Positions 47,972 to 58,745 of a stretch of 64,000 nt of DNA are shown piece after piece. Origin of the DNA: an uncultured Desulfospira sp. (GTDB taxonomy: Bacteria > Desulfobacterota > Desulfobacteria > Desulfobacterales > Desulfobacteraceae). Numbering within the stretch: the first letter of the stretch is position 1; every line of letters begins with the position of its first letter. The notes under the pieces were generated by a model. The model ran no database searches and was not told the DNA's origin. It worked only from the letters and a program-made list of their open reading frames with translations. The position numbers and the translations under genes are program-made. Where the stretch lies: positions 5,152,001 through 5,216,000 of the forward strand of contig OY760175.1 in assembly GCA_963663165.1 (NCBI GenBank), given 5' to 3'.

Positions 47972-49960
47972 TTATTTGTCTTTGTCCTGGTCACTGCCGG
48001 AATCAGAAAGGTCTTCCGGGTTTGGGTCTTTGGCCGGCGGGTCCGGGACCGCCAGGTCCGGATTACTTTCTTTGGCCGTGGTTTCATCGGGTTCAACCGC
48101 CGGTTCGTCCTGAACCGGATCATCATCCACAGGTCTTTCATTTTTCCGGCCAAAAAAATCAAAATCCGGCCTCATCCGGGCAATCAAATCATCAAGTTCA
48201 GGCCCCATAATGGTTTCTTTTTCCATGAGCAGCTCGGTCAGGGCATGAAGAATATCAATGTTTTCTTCCAGAATTTTTCTGGCGTTCTGATAGGCCCGGT
48301 CAATGATCCGGGTGACTTCGGCGTCGATTTTCTGGGCCGTGGCCTCGGAATAAGCTTTGGCCTGGGTCATTTCCCTGCCGATAAAAATATTGTCATTGCT
48401 TTCTTCATAGGACAGGGGGGCTAAGTTATCACTCATGCCAAATGTTTTAACCATCCGGTTGGCAAGCTTGGTGGCCTGCTTGATATCGTTGGCCGCACCC
48501 GTGGAAATCCGTTTGAAGATGATTTCTTCCGCCACCCGGCCGCCAAAGGCAATGGACAGCTCGTTTTCAAGTTGATCCTTGTATTTGAAGTCCCCTTCTT
48601 CGGGCAGAAACCAGGTCACGCCGGCAGCCCGGCCCCTGGGGATGATGGTGATCTTGTTCACGGCATCGGTGTTGGGCAGAAACCGTGCCACCAGGGCATG
48701 GCCGCCTTCGTGGTAGGCCGTGGTCTTTTTTTCTTCTTCTTTGATGACCTTGGACTTTCGTTCCAGGCCCATGTAGACCTTATCCTTTGCGTCTTCAAAA
48801 TCTCTCATGGTCAGTTTTTCATGGTTTCTCTTGGCGGCCAGCAGGGCCGCCTCATTGACCAGGTTTTCCAGATCCGCCCCTGAGAATCCAGGGGTTCCCT
48901 TGGCCAGGATAGTGGGATCCACATCCTTGCCCAGGGGGGTCTTTTTCATGTGGACCCTGAGGATGCCTTCCCGGCCCCGGATATCGGGCATGTCCACCAC
49001 GACCTGCCGGTCAAACCGGCCGGGTCTGAGCAGGGCCGGGTCCAGAACATCGGGCCGGTTGGTGGCGGCCATAAGGATAACCCCTTCATTGGCTTCAAAT
49101 CCGTCCATTTCCACCAGAAGCTGGTTTAAGGTCTGTTCCCGCTCGTCGTGTCCGCCGCCAAGACCGGCGCCTCTCTGCCGGCCCACGGCGTCAATTTCAT
49201 CAATAAATATAATACAGGGGGCGTTTTTCTTGCCCTGGGCAAACAGATCCCGTACCCTGGATGCGCCCACGCCCACGAACATTTCCACAAAGTCGGAGCC
49301 GGAAATGGTAAAAAACGGCACCCCGGCTTCTCCGGCCACGGCCCGGGACAGAAGGGTCTTTCCGGTCCCCGGATTTCCCACCAGCAGAACCCCCTTGGGG
49401 ATACGGCCGCCAAGACGGGTATATTTTGCCGGATTCTTTAAGAAATCTACCACTTCGGTCAGTTCTTCTTTGGCCTCATCAATGCCTTCAACATTGGCAA
49501 AGGTGACCTTGTCCCCCTTGTCGTCGATGAGCCTTGCCCGGCTTTTGCCAAAGGACAAAGCCTTGCCGCCCCCGCCCCCGCCCTGCATCTGGCGCATAAA
49601 AAAGATCCAGACACCGATGAGAACGATCATGGGCAGCCAGGACACCACAATGGACATGAGCCACGAGGATTCAGCCGGGGGCTTTGCTTTGATGACCACC
49701 CCGTTGTTTCTAAGGATGTGGATCAGTTCGCCGTCGTTGGGAGAAAAACTTTTAAACCTGGAGCCCGAGGAATCCGTAATGTAAAGATCCTGGCCCTGGA
49801 TGACCACACTTTGAATCCGTCCGCTTTCCACCATGGACAAAAATTCCGAGTAGCTCACATCCATCTGGCCACCCTGCTGGTGGTTGAAAATATTGTACAG
49901 CATGACCATCATGAGAACAACCACCAGCCACAGGGAGATATTTTTATAGAATTGATTCAA
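47972..49960 (-). CDS. ftsH: ATP-dependent zinc metalloprotease FtsH
   Basis: Two TMs, [24 protein letters not shown] and HEGGH; TTG start after AAGGA. Confidence 0.98.
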   Translation of the reverse strand: MNQFYKNISLWLVVVLMMVMLYNIFNHQQGGQMDVSYSEFLSMVESGRIQSVVIQGQDLYITDSSGSRFKSFSPNDGELIHILRNNGVVIKAKPPAESSWLMSIVVSWLPMIVLIGVWIFFMRQMQGGGGGGKALSFGKSRARLIDDKGDKVTFANVEGIDEAKEELTEVVDFLKNPAKYTRLGGRIPKGVLLVGNPGTGKTLLSRAVAGEAGVPFFTISGSDFVEMFVGVGASRVRDLFAQGKKNAPCIIFIDEIDAVGRQRGAGLGGGHDEREQTLNQLLVEMDGFEANEGVILMAATNRPDVLDPALLRPGRFDRQVVVDMPDIRGREGILRVHMKKTPLGKDVDPTILAKGTPGFSGADLENLVNEAALLAAKRNHEKLTMRDFEDAKDKVYMGLERKSKVIKEEEKKTTAYHEGGHALVARFLPNTDAVNKITIIPRGRAAGVTWFLPEEGDFKYKDQLENELSIAFGGRVAEEIIFKRISTGAANDIKQATKLANRMVKTFGMSDNLAPLSYEESNDNIFIGREMTQAKAYSEATAQKIDAEVTRIIDRAYQNARKILEENIDILHALTELLMEKETIMGPELDDLIARMRPDFDFFGRKNERPVDDDPVQDEPAVEPDETTAKESNPDLAVPDPPAKDPNPEDLSDSGSDQDKDK

Positions 49961-50182
49961 TGTATTTCCTTTCAAAAATCATAAAAATGAGGTCCGTAAA
50001 GCTTCCTAATATATAAACATGATCCACGAATATACAACCCAAAAGTTGCAGCAACAGGCATATGCCGGGTTTTTTTCCCGGTATCTTTCCCGGACAGCTT
50101 TGTGCCTGCCCCCCCAATTCATTATAAAATATGGTAAAAAGCTGATCGATGGCGGTGTTGTAGTTATTTTTTCTATGCCCCC

Positions 50183-50220
50183 TTGACAAACTCAAGGTAC
50201 GAAGGTACGATCTTCGTACC
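50183..50220 (+). promoter_or_regulatory. Sigma-70 promoter overlapped by an inverted-repeat operator
   Basis: TTGACA(50183)-17 bp-TACGAT(50206); GGTACGAAG-N7-CTTCGTACC at 50196-50220 brackets the -10 box. Confidence 0.75.
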
Positions 50221-50254
50221 CAAATAAAGAAAATTTAAATATCAAGGAAAAAAA

Positions 50255-51016
50255 ATGGCAAAATCCAGACAGATTCAAAGCTTTTTTAAACCCGTCTCTG
50301 CTAAGCGGAATTCCGAATACATTGCTTCTCAGATTGAGGAATCGATTATTGCGAAGGTGTATGAACCCAATGACAGGCTTCCTTCCGAAAGAGAATTGGC
50401 AACACAGTTTAATGTCGGCAGGGGGGCGGTCAGGGAAGCGTTGCGGATGTTGGATGCATCCGGGTTCGTAGAAGTCCGGCACGGCGGTGACGGAGGGATC
50501 TATGTAAAAGAGCTGGATTCGACAAGAATGATGAAGACCATGCTGGATCTGGTAAGAATCGGAAATATCAGCACCCGGGAAATAACACAAGTAAGGATTG
50601 TTATAGAAAAAAGCATTATTGAATCATGTTTCAGTTCATTAAGGGAAAAAGAAATCCTTGAACTGGAAAAAAATATTGAGAGATGTGAGACCTTGATAAA
50701 GGAAGGAAAGCCGATATTCGGAGAAGTTCAGAACTTTCATGTTCTCTTGTCCTCATTTTGTGACAATCGTCTGCTACGCTATATTCTGGTGTCTCTGGTG
50801 GATATCAGCGACAGCTATATCGAAAGCATAAAAAAAAAGGTGCCCGGGTCTCCGAGCCCATCGGATCACATCGCCCAGCACAAGGCGATTTTATCGGCAA
50901 TCAAGAAAAAAGATTTAGAGGATACCAAGCGGCTTTTAATCGGGCATCTTACTTCTATCAGTGAAGCCATCAAGGAGCTGCTAAAAGCAAATTACGGCAA
51001 TGATTTAGACGAATAA
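50255..51016 (+). CDS. GntR family (FadR subfamily) transcriptional regulator
   Basis: DRLPSERELATQFNVGRGAVREAL wHTH; FCD-like domain with NFH and QHKAIL. Confidence 0.92.
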   Translation: MAKSRQIQSFFKPVSAKRNSEYIASQIEESIIAKVYEPNDRLPSERELATQFNVGRGAVREALRMLDASGFVEVRHGGDGGIYVKELDSTRMMKTMLDLVRIGNISTREITQVRIVIEKSIIESCFSSLREKEILELEKNIERCETLIKEGKPIFGEVQNFHVLLSSFCDNRLLRYILVSLVDISDSYIESIKKKVPGSPSPSDHIAQHKAILSAIKKKDLEDTKRLLIGHLTSISEAIKELLKANYGNDLDE

Positions 51017-51085
51017 TCCGGATGTCTGTGAATCATCCCGTGTCTTTGATTGACTGTTTCCCGGTGATTCACGCCATATTTAGAG

Positions 51086-52489
51086 GTGACCATGGAAAAT
51101 AAAAAATTCGATACGGCAATTGAAGCAATTTCAGCAAACATTACAGAGACACAATTTGAGAATTTTGATGATGCAACTGTGGATTTGGCCAAACAGCGGG
51201 TATTGGATGTCCTGGGATGTGCCATAGGAGGGGCTAACGCTCCCGGGAATAAAGCGCTGCTGAATGTTGTCGGAAATAACAGCACCAGGGGGGATGCCAC
51301 CATCTGGATCCATGGCATTAAATCATCAGCTCAGGACGCGGCCATGGTTAACACAATAATGAACCGGTCCTATGATTTTGAGGTCATGTCCTTTGGTATG
51401 GATGGTCAAATGATAGCGTCCCACCATGCCTCGACCAATGTCCCCACCGCCATCTCCCTGGCAGAGTCCTTGAATGTAAACGGCAGGGAACTGTTAACCG
51501 CGATGATTCTTGGTGATGATACGGCAGCAAGGATTGCCGCTGCATCCGCTGTTCATCCGATCAAACTCGGGTGGGACGGATGCGGCACATTGAGTCATTT
51601 GGGCGCTACCGCTATTGCCGGCCGGTTGCTCGGGTTGGACAGGCACCAGATGAAGCATGCGTTTGGTATTGTCTTAAACCAGATTGCCAGCGCAATTCAA
51701 AGTTTATGGGACGGTGCAACGACATTTAAATTAGGGCAGGGCACCGCTGCAAAAAACGGAATTTTTTCTGCAGAATTGGCAAGGGCGGGATGGACAGGGG
51801 TAATCGACGCCTTGCAAAGCCGGTTTGGTTATTTTGCCATGTATGCAGGGGGCTGCAGTGATCCTGACATTCTAACCCGGGACCTTGGGAAAACATATTA
51901 TGGCGAAGCCTATTTTAAACCTTATCCCTGCGGACTGCCAAATCACGTAGCCATTAAAAGCGCGTTAAGTTTAATGGCGCGTTATGAAATTGATTGTGAC
52001 CGGATTTCCAAAGTCATCATTAATGTGCCTTCGGAAGCTCTTGAAAACAGCTATTATGCGAAACCGTTTGAACTAAGGGATTTCCCGCACGGCGATGCCA
52101 TTTTCAGTTATCCGTTCACTGTGGCTACGACATTGCTGTACAAATCCTGCGGCCTGCCCAACTTTTCAGAAGATGCCATACGTGATCCAAAAGTCGTTGA
52201 TCTCACATCCAAAACAGAACTGATCGAACCTGATTTTGAAACAAAAAGACTTGAGATCACGTTAAAGGTTATCATGAATGACGGTACGGAATACACCGAT
52301 ACCCAGGTTCCAGATTTTGATTGGGTCAAAAATCCGATACCGAAAAAAGAAATTGAAAAAAAATTCTGGCATCAGGTTGAATTTTCAAAAACAGTCTCCC
52401 CTGAGAATGCAGAAGAACTACTTTTGAATGTGGGGAAACTCGAGCAGATAAGGAATATACAAAATATCATCCAGCTGCTGTGCCCCTGA
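51086..52489 (+). CDS. MmgE/PrpD family protein (paralogue 1)
   Basis: LDVLGCAIGG, YDFE, SHH and YFKPYPCG; ~465 aa. Confidence 0.88.
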   Translation: MTMENKKFDTAIEAISANITETQFENFDDATVDLAKQRVLDVLGCAIGGANAPGNKALLNVVGNNSTRGDATIWIHGIKSSAQDAAMVNTIMNRSYDFEVMSFGMDGQMIASHHASTNVPTAISLAESLNVNGRELLTAMILGDDTAARIAAASAVHPIKLGWDGCGTLSHLGATAIAGRLLGLDRHQMKHAFGIVLNQIASAIQSLWDGATTFKLGQGTAAKNGIFSAELARAGWTGVIDALQSRFGYFAMYAGGCSDPDILTRDLGKTYYGEAYFKPYPCGLPNHVAIKSALSLMARYEIDCDRISKVIINVPSEALENSYYAKPFELRDFPHGDAIFSYPFTVATTLLYKSCGLPNFSEDAIRDPKVVDLTSKTELIEPDFETKRLEITLKVIMNDGTEYTDTQVPDFDWVKNPIPKKEIEKKFWHQVEFSKTVSPENAEELLLNVGKLEQIRNIQNIIQLLCP

Positions 52490-52751
52490 AGATTTATGGG
52501 GCCGGCCAAAGTGTGATTTTTGTATTCATGGGATTGTCTTGCGAAGTATTTAAATTTTTTAACAAGAGGGGGCTTGTCTGCACGGGTGAGCAGTTTTCTG
52601 TCTTCTTTGTGGGGAGAATAGGTTGTTATAGAGGTCTGCATATAAATTGATACCCGTTTCGGTATTGTAACTGATCGGGCGGTCTCAATTCATACGCTAT
52701 AAACTATAGTCTGTCTTTTATTTGTGTGACTTTTAAAAACCGGAGGGGAAA

Positions 52752-53795
52752 ATGACGATCAGAAAGGAATTGTTGTGCTTTGTCAGTGTGTTATTCGTTG
52801 CAGCGGTAATGGCCCAGACAGTATGGGCAAAGAAAGATGATGCGATTGTTCTGAAATATTCAAGATGGTCACCGGCTTCCTCAGGGCCTGCCAAAGTGGA
52901 TGCAAAATGGGCGGATCTGGTTCGGGAGAGAAGTCAGGGGCGGCTGAAAATCAAATGCTATTTTGATGGCTCTCTTTCGAAAATGAAAGAAAATTACCGG
53001 GCGGCACAGACCGGGATCGCCGATATTTCCTATTACACAATTGGCACCAATCCCGGATTAACCGAATTGAACAGGGTATTCTCTTTACCGTTTATGGGAC
53101 CTAAGAACGTGGATGTTGCATCAGCAGCATACACAGAGCTGTTAACAAAGTTTGAAGAACTTAGATCCGAATTCAAAGGCATGGTCGTATTTAAGCCCAG
53201 AATGATGCCGCCATTTCAAGCGCATTTTACAAAAAGAGACATAAGGGTTCCGGCGGACATGAAGGGTCTTAAGGTCATTGCCGATACGGTATGGAATATT
53301 CCGTTGCAAAATATCGGTTCTGCTCCGGTCAAGCTGATGGTTGGTGACTGGTACATGTCCCTCGAACGGAATCTGGTTGAAGGCCATATTGTGCATTATC
53401 CGGCTATTTATATTTACAAGACATTGGATTTATTAAAACATCATACGCATTTCGGAGAAGGCGGCGCTGTTGTCACCTCGGATATCCTTTTGATCAATGC
53501 CAGAAAATGGAAACGAATCCCCAAAGACTTGCAGAAAATCCTGGTTGATTCCCTGGATTACCGTAATGCCGAGCAGACCAAAGGGGATATTCATATGATC
53601 AACGCTGCCATCAAGTATGGAAAAGAAAAAGGTCACACGTTCAATGAAGTGACCGAAGAAGAAATTGAACTGTGGAAAGAGGCTGTTCAACCCGTTCATC
53701 AAAAATGGATTGAGGACAACGCGGGCAGAGGACCCTCTCAGGTAATCTACGATAAAGCCCATGAATTGATCGATAAGTATAATAACTTGATGTAG
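52752..53795 (+). CDS. dctP: TRAP transporter substrate-binding protein DctP
   Basis: Signal peptide, ERSQGRLKI, LPF, DMKGLKV and W(KR)IPKDLQKIL; followed by dctQ and dctM. Confidence 0.88.
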   Translation: MTIRKELLCFVSVLFVAAVMAQTVWAKKDDAIVLKYSRWSPASSGPAKVDAKWADLVRERSQGRLKIKCYFDGSLSKMKENYRAAQTGIADISYYTIGTNPGLTELNRVFSLPFMGPKNVDVASAAYTELLTKFEELRSEFKGMVVFKPRMMPPFQAHFTKRDIRVPADMKGLKVIADTVWNIPLQNIGSAPVKLMVGDWYMSLERNLVEGHIVHYPAIYIYKTLDLLKHHTHFGEGGAVVTSDILLINARKWKRIPKDLQKILVDSLDYRNAEQTKGDIHMINAAIKYGKEKGHTFNEVTEEEIELWKEAVQPVHQKWIEDNAGRGPSQVIYDKAHELIDKYNNLM

Positions 53796-53929
53796 CCAAT
53801 CAGCTCTGCCTCAATTGTGCGGCGAACGCAAATTATTTATGCTGCCGCCGCTCAATACATTTTGCATATCCGGTCCGTTTCGGCCTGACATGCAAAAGAT
53901 TACGAGGAAGAAAAACAGGGGGGTAAGAT

Positions 53930-54430
53930 ATGTCTATCTTTAAATCAGTGGAACGGTTCATTTATCTGTTCGCCGGGTTCCTGAATATATTGGGAATCAT
54001 TTCACTACTGGCCATGATGATGTTGACCGTTTCCGATGTCTTTTTACGGTATTTTTTCAGCAAACCGATTATCGGGGGAACGGAACTTACCCAGTGCTTT
54101 ATGGTATGCATGGCTCTGGGACTGGGATGGAGCGCATTAAAGGGCAAAGGGATTAAAATGGACCTGATTCTTGGTCAACTGCCCCTGAAAGCCCAATGGA
54201 TCATCGACAGCCTGACGATCTTGATGGGCCTTGCGATCATAATCCCCATTACAATTGCCTTTTTTGGAGAAATATCCATTGTAAAGGAAATGATGATGCA
54301 CACGGCGATGCTCAGAATACCCGAGTATCCGTTTTATTTCATTATCGGGACCGGTTTGGGATTGTTTTCGATTGTTTTGATTATACTGATTGTCAAAAAC
54401 TTAGCAAAAGTGGTGACTTATGAGCGTTGA
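53930..54430 (+). CDS. dctQ: TRAP transporter small permease DctQ
   Basis: Four TMs, DVFLRYFFSKPI.G..EL. Confidence 0.9.
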   Translation: MSIFKSVERFIYLFAGFLNILGIISLLAMMMLTVSDVFLRYFFSKPIIGGTELTQCFMVCMALGLGWSALKGKGIKMDLILGQLPLKAQWIIDSLTILMGLAIIIPITIAFFGEISIVKEMMMHTAMLRIPEYPFYFIIGTGLGLFSIVLIILIVKNLAKVVTYER

Positions 54431-55715
54431 AATGATTGGTGTTATCGGCATTGTTGTATTGATCGTCCTGTTGTTGCTTAGAATGTGGGTCGGTCTGGCG
54501 ATGGCATTTGTGGGATTCGTCGGGTATGTCTGGATCGCTAATGTTGAAGAGGCCTTACAAATGGCAGTTGCAACTACCCACAGTACCGTAAATCACTATT
54601 CGTTAACGGCCGTCCCTCTTTTTGTACTTATGGGAATGATCGTCTCCAACACAAATATCAGCAGTGAATTGTACGAGTTCGCATACAAAATATTCGGGCA
54701 CATGAGAAGCGGACTGGCGGTGGCTACGATCGCAGCCTGTGGGGTGTTTGCGGCTATTTGCGGATCAAGTACGGCCGAAACCTTGACCATCGGGAAAATT
54801 GCCCTTGGTGAAATGAAAAAATACAATTATGACGATAAATTGTCTACCGGCTGTGTGGCATGCGGCGGGACCATTGGCATACTGATTCCACCGAGCATGG
54901 GGTTTCTGGTTTACGGCATTTTGACCGAGCAATCCATCGGCCTCTTGTTTATGGCCGGTATCCTGCCGGGCATTTTGTTGATGTTGCTGTTTATTGGAAC
55001 CGTTTTTTTGATTTCTTGTGTCAATCCGGACGCCGGGCCTGCCGGAGAAAAAACATCATTACCTGAAAAGATTAAATCTTTGAAGTGTACGATCCCGATT
55101 ATTCTTCTTTTCGGTTTGGTATTGGGCGGTATCTACATGGGGGTTTTTACACCGACTGAGGCTGGTGCCGTCGGTGCTTTTGGCGCCATAGTGATATCGT
55201 TAATCAAAAGGGAATTAACCTTTAAAAATTTCTTGCAGGCGGTATATGAGACGGCGGAACTGACCTCAATGATCATTTTACTCCTGGCCGGGGCATATAT
55301 TCTGAATAAGTTCCTGACCATAACGGAACTGCCCTTCAATATGGCAGAGTACGTGGCCTCGTTTAACATGTCAAAGTATGTGATTCTGACAGTGATCATC
55401 ATCTTTTATATGCTGCTGGGAATGTTCCTTGATATTTTATCATGCATTATCCTTACCATTCCGTTAATTTACCCACTGATCATCAGCCAGGGATTTGACC
55501 CGATCTGGTTTGGCGTGATGATTGTGCTGATTATGGAAATGGGAATGATAACACCGCCATTCGGACTTAATGTTTTTATTTTATCCGGGATTACCGATGT
55601 TTCGATCGGGACCATATTCAGGGGGGTCTGGCCCTTCGTGGCCGCAATTTTTGTCTGTATCATTTTAATCACCATTTTCCCCCAGATTGTTTTGTTTATT
55701 CCACAAAATATGTGA
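54420..55715 (+). CDS. dctM: TRAP transporter large permease DctM
   Basis: AVPLFVLMG, FAAICGSS, GILIPPS, FTPTEAGA and ITPPFGLNVF. Confidence 0.95.
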   Translation: MSVEMIGVIGIVVLIVLLLLRMWVGLAMAFVGFVGYVWIANVEEALQMAVATTHSTVNHYSLTAVPLFVLMGMIVSNTNISSELYEFAYKIFGHMRSGLAVATIAACGVFAAICGSSTAETLTIGKIALGEMKKYNYDDKLSTGCVACGGTIGILIPPSMGFLVYGILTEQSIGLLFMAGILPGILLMLLFIGTVFLISCVNPDAGPAGEKTSLPEKIKSLKCTIPIILLFGLVLGGIYMGVFTPTEAGAVGAFGAIVISLIKRELTFKNFLQAVYETAELTSMIILLLAGAYILNKFLTITELPFNMAEYVASFNMSKYVILTVIIIFYMLLGMFLDILSCIILTIPLIYPLIISQGFDPIWFGVMIVLIMEMGMITPPFGLNVFILSGITDVSIGTIFRGVWPFVAAIFVCIILITIFPQIVLFIPQNM

Positions 55716-55758
55716 GAAAATTGAATGTTTATAACAAGCGATAATGAAGGAGTTTTAA

Positions 55759-57249
55759 ATGAAAGTTCGTACAATTTCCGAGCCCAATAAGTCGATCAAT
55801 GTTGTCAGGGAATGTGACGTTGTTGTGATCGGCGGCGGCCCGGGAGGAATCGGGGCTGCTTTATCGGCAGCCCGGAACGGAGCGGATACTGTCCTTGTGG
55901 AACGGTACGGATACCTTGGCGGTATGGGGACCGGTGGTCTGGTAACGATTATACCCTGCCTATCCGATTTTGACGGAAATATGCAGATTGGGGGAATTAA
56001 CCAGGAATGGATTGACCGCCTGGACCAACGGGAGGCCTGCACCTATCCTCCGCCTGAAATATGGGGGGCGGATGATAAGCGGTTGACCGACTATTGGAAT
56101 GAACGCTCTTTTTTCACCGTCAGAGAAGGGCGTATTGTTTATTCGGCGATTATCGATGCAGAAATATCAAAGTGCATTTTAAACGAGATGGTCAATGAGG
56201 CCGGTATCAAAACCTATTTCCATTCCTGGGGCACCATGCCGATCATGGACGGAAACAGGGCAACCGGCGTGGTGTTTGAAAGCAAATCCGGACGACAGGC
56301 GATTATGGCCAAGGTTGTAATTGACTCTACCGGCGATGGAGACCTGCTGCCCTACACCGGTGTCGGGTTTGACACACAAATTGATCCCAATATCCGGATT
56401 GCCAACCTGTCCCTTTGTTTCTGGGTTGACAATGTCAATTATATGAAATGCGAGGATTTTAAAAGGGATAATCCGGTTAAATGGCGAGAGTTGATGGATA
56501 CCCTCAGAGATCAGGGCGGGCTGCCCATGTTCTTCCGGAGTAATCTCAAAAACCAGGAAAATATCGTCTGGTTTCATCCCAGATTTGCCTGCAGCAGCCA
56601 GATTGATGTGGAGGAACTGAGCCGTGTTGAAATGCTGGGGCGTGAAAAGATGCTGATGTCCCATGATTTTTTTAAAAAATATGTGCCCGGTTTTGAAAAC
56701 AGCTTTATCGTTCTTTCAGCGCCGCAGCTAGGGACAAGAGGCGCAAGGCGGGTTCATGGCGAATATCAGCTTGGACTTGATGATTTGAACTCCAATGAAC
56801 CATTTGAGGATACAATTGCAGTTTTTCCGGATCTGGACAGAGCCGCTGACTCCTTAAAGTACCCTTTGACCTATATCCCCTACCGGTCGATGATACCACA
56901 GAATGTGGAGGGGTTGTTTGTTGCCTGCCGGGCATTCTCATCCGATCAGACCGCAAATAATTTTTTTAATTTGATTCCCCATTGTATTGCCATCGGGGAA
57001 GCTGCCGGAACCGCTGCCGCGCTGTCTATCGATCAAAATTTGGATCTCAGGTCGGTAGATATCCGTGTGCTTCAGAAAAAGCTGGCGTCCCAAAACGTGC
57101 CGTTACCGGGAAATCTTGGGAAAAACACCAGAAAAAATTATCAAGACTACGGTTTTGAGGTTAGAAAATTTGGCGGGGGAAGCTGCCGAAAGTGTGGTAA
57201 TGACTGCCGTGGAACTTGTGACGAAGATATTCAACTTAATCTGCATTGA
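55759..57249 (+). CDS. FAD-dependent oxidoreductase (FAD_oxidored-like) with Cys-rich C-terminal tail
   Basis: DVVVIGGGPGG...AARNGA...VERYGYLGGMGT, IDSTGDGD, YIPYRSMIP and GEAAGTAAAL. Confidence 0.85.
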   Translation: MKVRTISEPNKSINVVRECDVVVIGGGPGGIGAALSAARNGADTVLVERYGYLGGMGTGGLVTIIPCLSDFDGNMQIGGINQEWIDRLDQREACTYPPPEIWGADDKRLTDYWNERSFFTVREGRIVYSAIIDAEISKCILNEMVNEAGIKTYFHSWGTMPIMDGNRATGVVFESKSGRQAIMAKVVIDSTGDGDLLPYTGVGFDTQIDPNIRIANLSLCFWVDNVNYMKCEDFKRDNPVKWRELMDTLRDQGGLPMFFRSNLKNQENIVWFHPRFACSSQIDVEELSRVEMLGREKMLMSHDFFKKYVPGFENSFIVLSAPQLGTRGARRVHGEYQLGLDDLNSNEPFEDTIAVFPDLDRAADSLKYPLTYIPYRSMIPQNVEGLFVACRAFSSDQTANNFFNLIPHCIAIGEAAGTAAALSIDQNLDLRSVDIRVLQKKLASQNVPLPGNLGKNTRKNYQDYGFEVRKFGGGSCRKCGNDCRGTCDEDIQLNLH

Positions 57250-57267
57250 TAAAAAAACGGGTATAAC

Positions 57268-58683
57268 ATGAGCAATATAATTGAAACATTAGCGGAATTT
57301 GTGGCTGGAACGGATTTTTCCGATCTGCCGGATGACGTGGTTAAGGCTACCAAGTATCTTTTTTTGGATTCGATAGGCTGTGCATTCGCCTCTGTTACGA
57401 CTGACAGAGGGAAAATGAGTATTGCCCTGGCCAAAAAGATGGGCGGTCCGCCGGAGTCTTCGATTATCGGAACTGGTGAAAAGGCGTCCAGTGTTACGGC
57501 CTCTTTTGTTAATGCCGAGTTAATCAATTCTGCCGATTATGACGCACTGATTATGCCCGGCGGTCATGTGCCGCCTTACATAATCCCGCCTGCGCTGGCC
57601 ATGGCTGAGAGCCGGAACGCCAACGGTAAGGATCTTGTAACAGCCCTGGCGTTGGGGTTTGAACTGGCCACCAGGGTGCCCAAAGGCATCCGGCAGCAAC
57701 GGGTTATCCAAGACGGTGAAATCAAGAAATTTTCCTGGGGAAAACGGTGGGGCCAGGCATGGAGTAATTTCGGCGCTGCTGCGGGGGCTGCAAAAATGAT
57801 GGGGCTGGACCGGGAGCAAATGTGTGATGCTTTGGGAATCAGCGGGCATCTGAGCCAGGTCTCAACCCATGTGCGGTTTTCATTCAGCGATAACCGCCCC
57901 CTTACCAAATACGGTGTTCCGGGCTGGCAGAATACCGGCGGGATGATGGCCGCCCTGCTGGCTGAAATGGGATATATGGGGGACAGGACCGTATTTGATG
58001 GCGATTACGGGTTTTTTCAGTTCTGCGGTTATGAAGGAGAAATTGATCTGCCGGCCATAACCCGGGATATGGGAAAACAATGGGCGTTTACAAAGATTAC
58101 TTATAAACCTTACCCCTGTTGCCGGATGTTGCATGGCGGCGTTGATTGTTTGTTAAAAACCATCAGAGAAAATCAGATTCGGCCTGAAGAAATTGAAAAA
58201 ATTAAAATTTGGGGACATCCCACCATTGATGTGCCGTGTTTTTGCCATAAAGAAATTGAAAATGTCGTAGACGCCCAGTTTAACGCCGCTTATGTATTTG
58301 CGGTCGCCGGCAATGGGATTCCGATCGGACCTGCCTGGCAGGATGCGGCAACCATGAAAAACCCAGCCGTTCTGGAAATGATGAACAAAGTCGAATTCGC
58401 AGGCCATCCCGAATATTTCAAAAAAGTCCAGGAAGACTTGAGCAAGCAATTCTGGTCTATGGAATTACTGGCAAGGGGACAAAAATATTATGCCCAGACC
58501 TTTCAGCCAACGGGAACGACCGGTACGGAAGGGGCCATGTCTGATCAGGATTTGGAGAAAAAGTTTCGTGTCAATTCGGCCCGGGTTCTGACCCGGCAAA
58601 AGATTGACAGGGCTGTTGAGCAGATTTTGAATCTGGAAAAACTCAACCGGGTTTCTGATTTAATGGAAAATCTTGGATGGTGA
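57268..58683 (+). CDS. MmgE/PrpD family protein (paralogue 2)
   Basis: LDSIGCA, NSADYDA, GGHV, YKPYPCCR and DLEKKFR. Confidence 0.88.
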   Translation: MSNIIETLAEFVAGTDFSDLPDDVVKATKYLFLDSIGCAFASVTTDRGKMSIALAKKMGGPPESSIIGTGEKASSVTASFVNAELINSADYDALIMPGGHVPPYIIPPALAMAESRNANGKDLVTALALGFELATRVPKGIRQQRVIQDGEIKKFSWGKRWGQAWSNFGAAAGAAKMMGLDREQMCDALGISGHLSQVSTHVRFSFSDNRPLTKYGVPGWQNTGGMMAALLAEMGYMGDRTVFDGDYGFFQFCGYEGEIDLPAITRDMGKQWAFTKITYKPYPCCRMLHGGVDCLLKTIRENQIRPEEIEKIKIWGHPTIDVPCFCHKEIENVVDAQFNAAYVFAVAGNGIPIGPAWQDAATMKNPAVLEMMNKVEFAGHPEYFKKVQEDLSKQFWSMELLARGQKYYAQTFQPTGTTGTEGAMSDQDLEKKFRVNSARVLTRQKIDRAVEQILNLEKLNRVSDLMENLGW

Positions 58684-58745
58684 ACATAAATTGAATTTTA
58701 TCACAAAGCTCAAAGAAGTTGAGGGCCTAACAGGATGAGACCACG

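Noticed and set aside
48807..49784. 325-aa plus-strand ORF
   Set aside because: Antisense shadow of ftsH with no recognisable motifs
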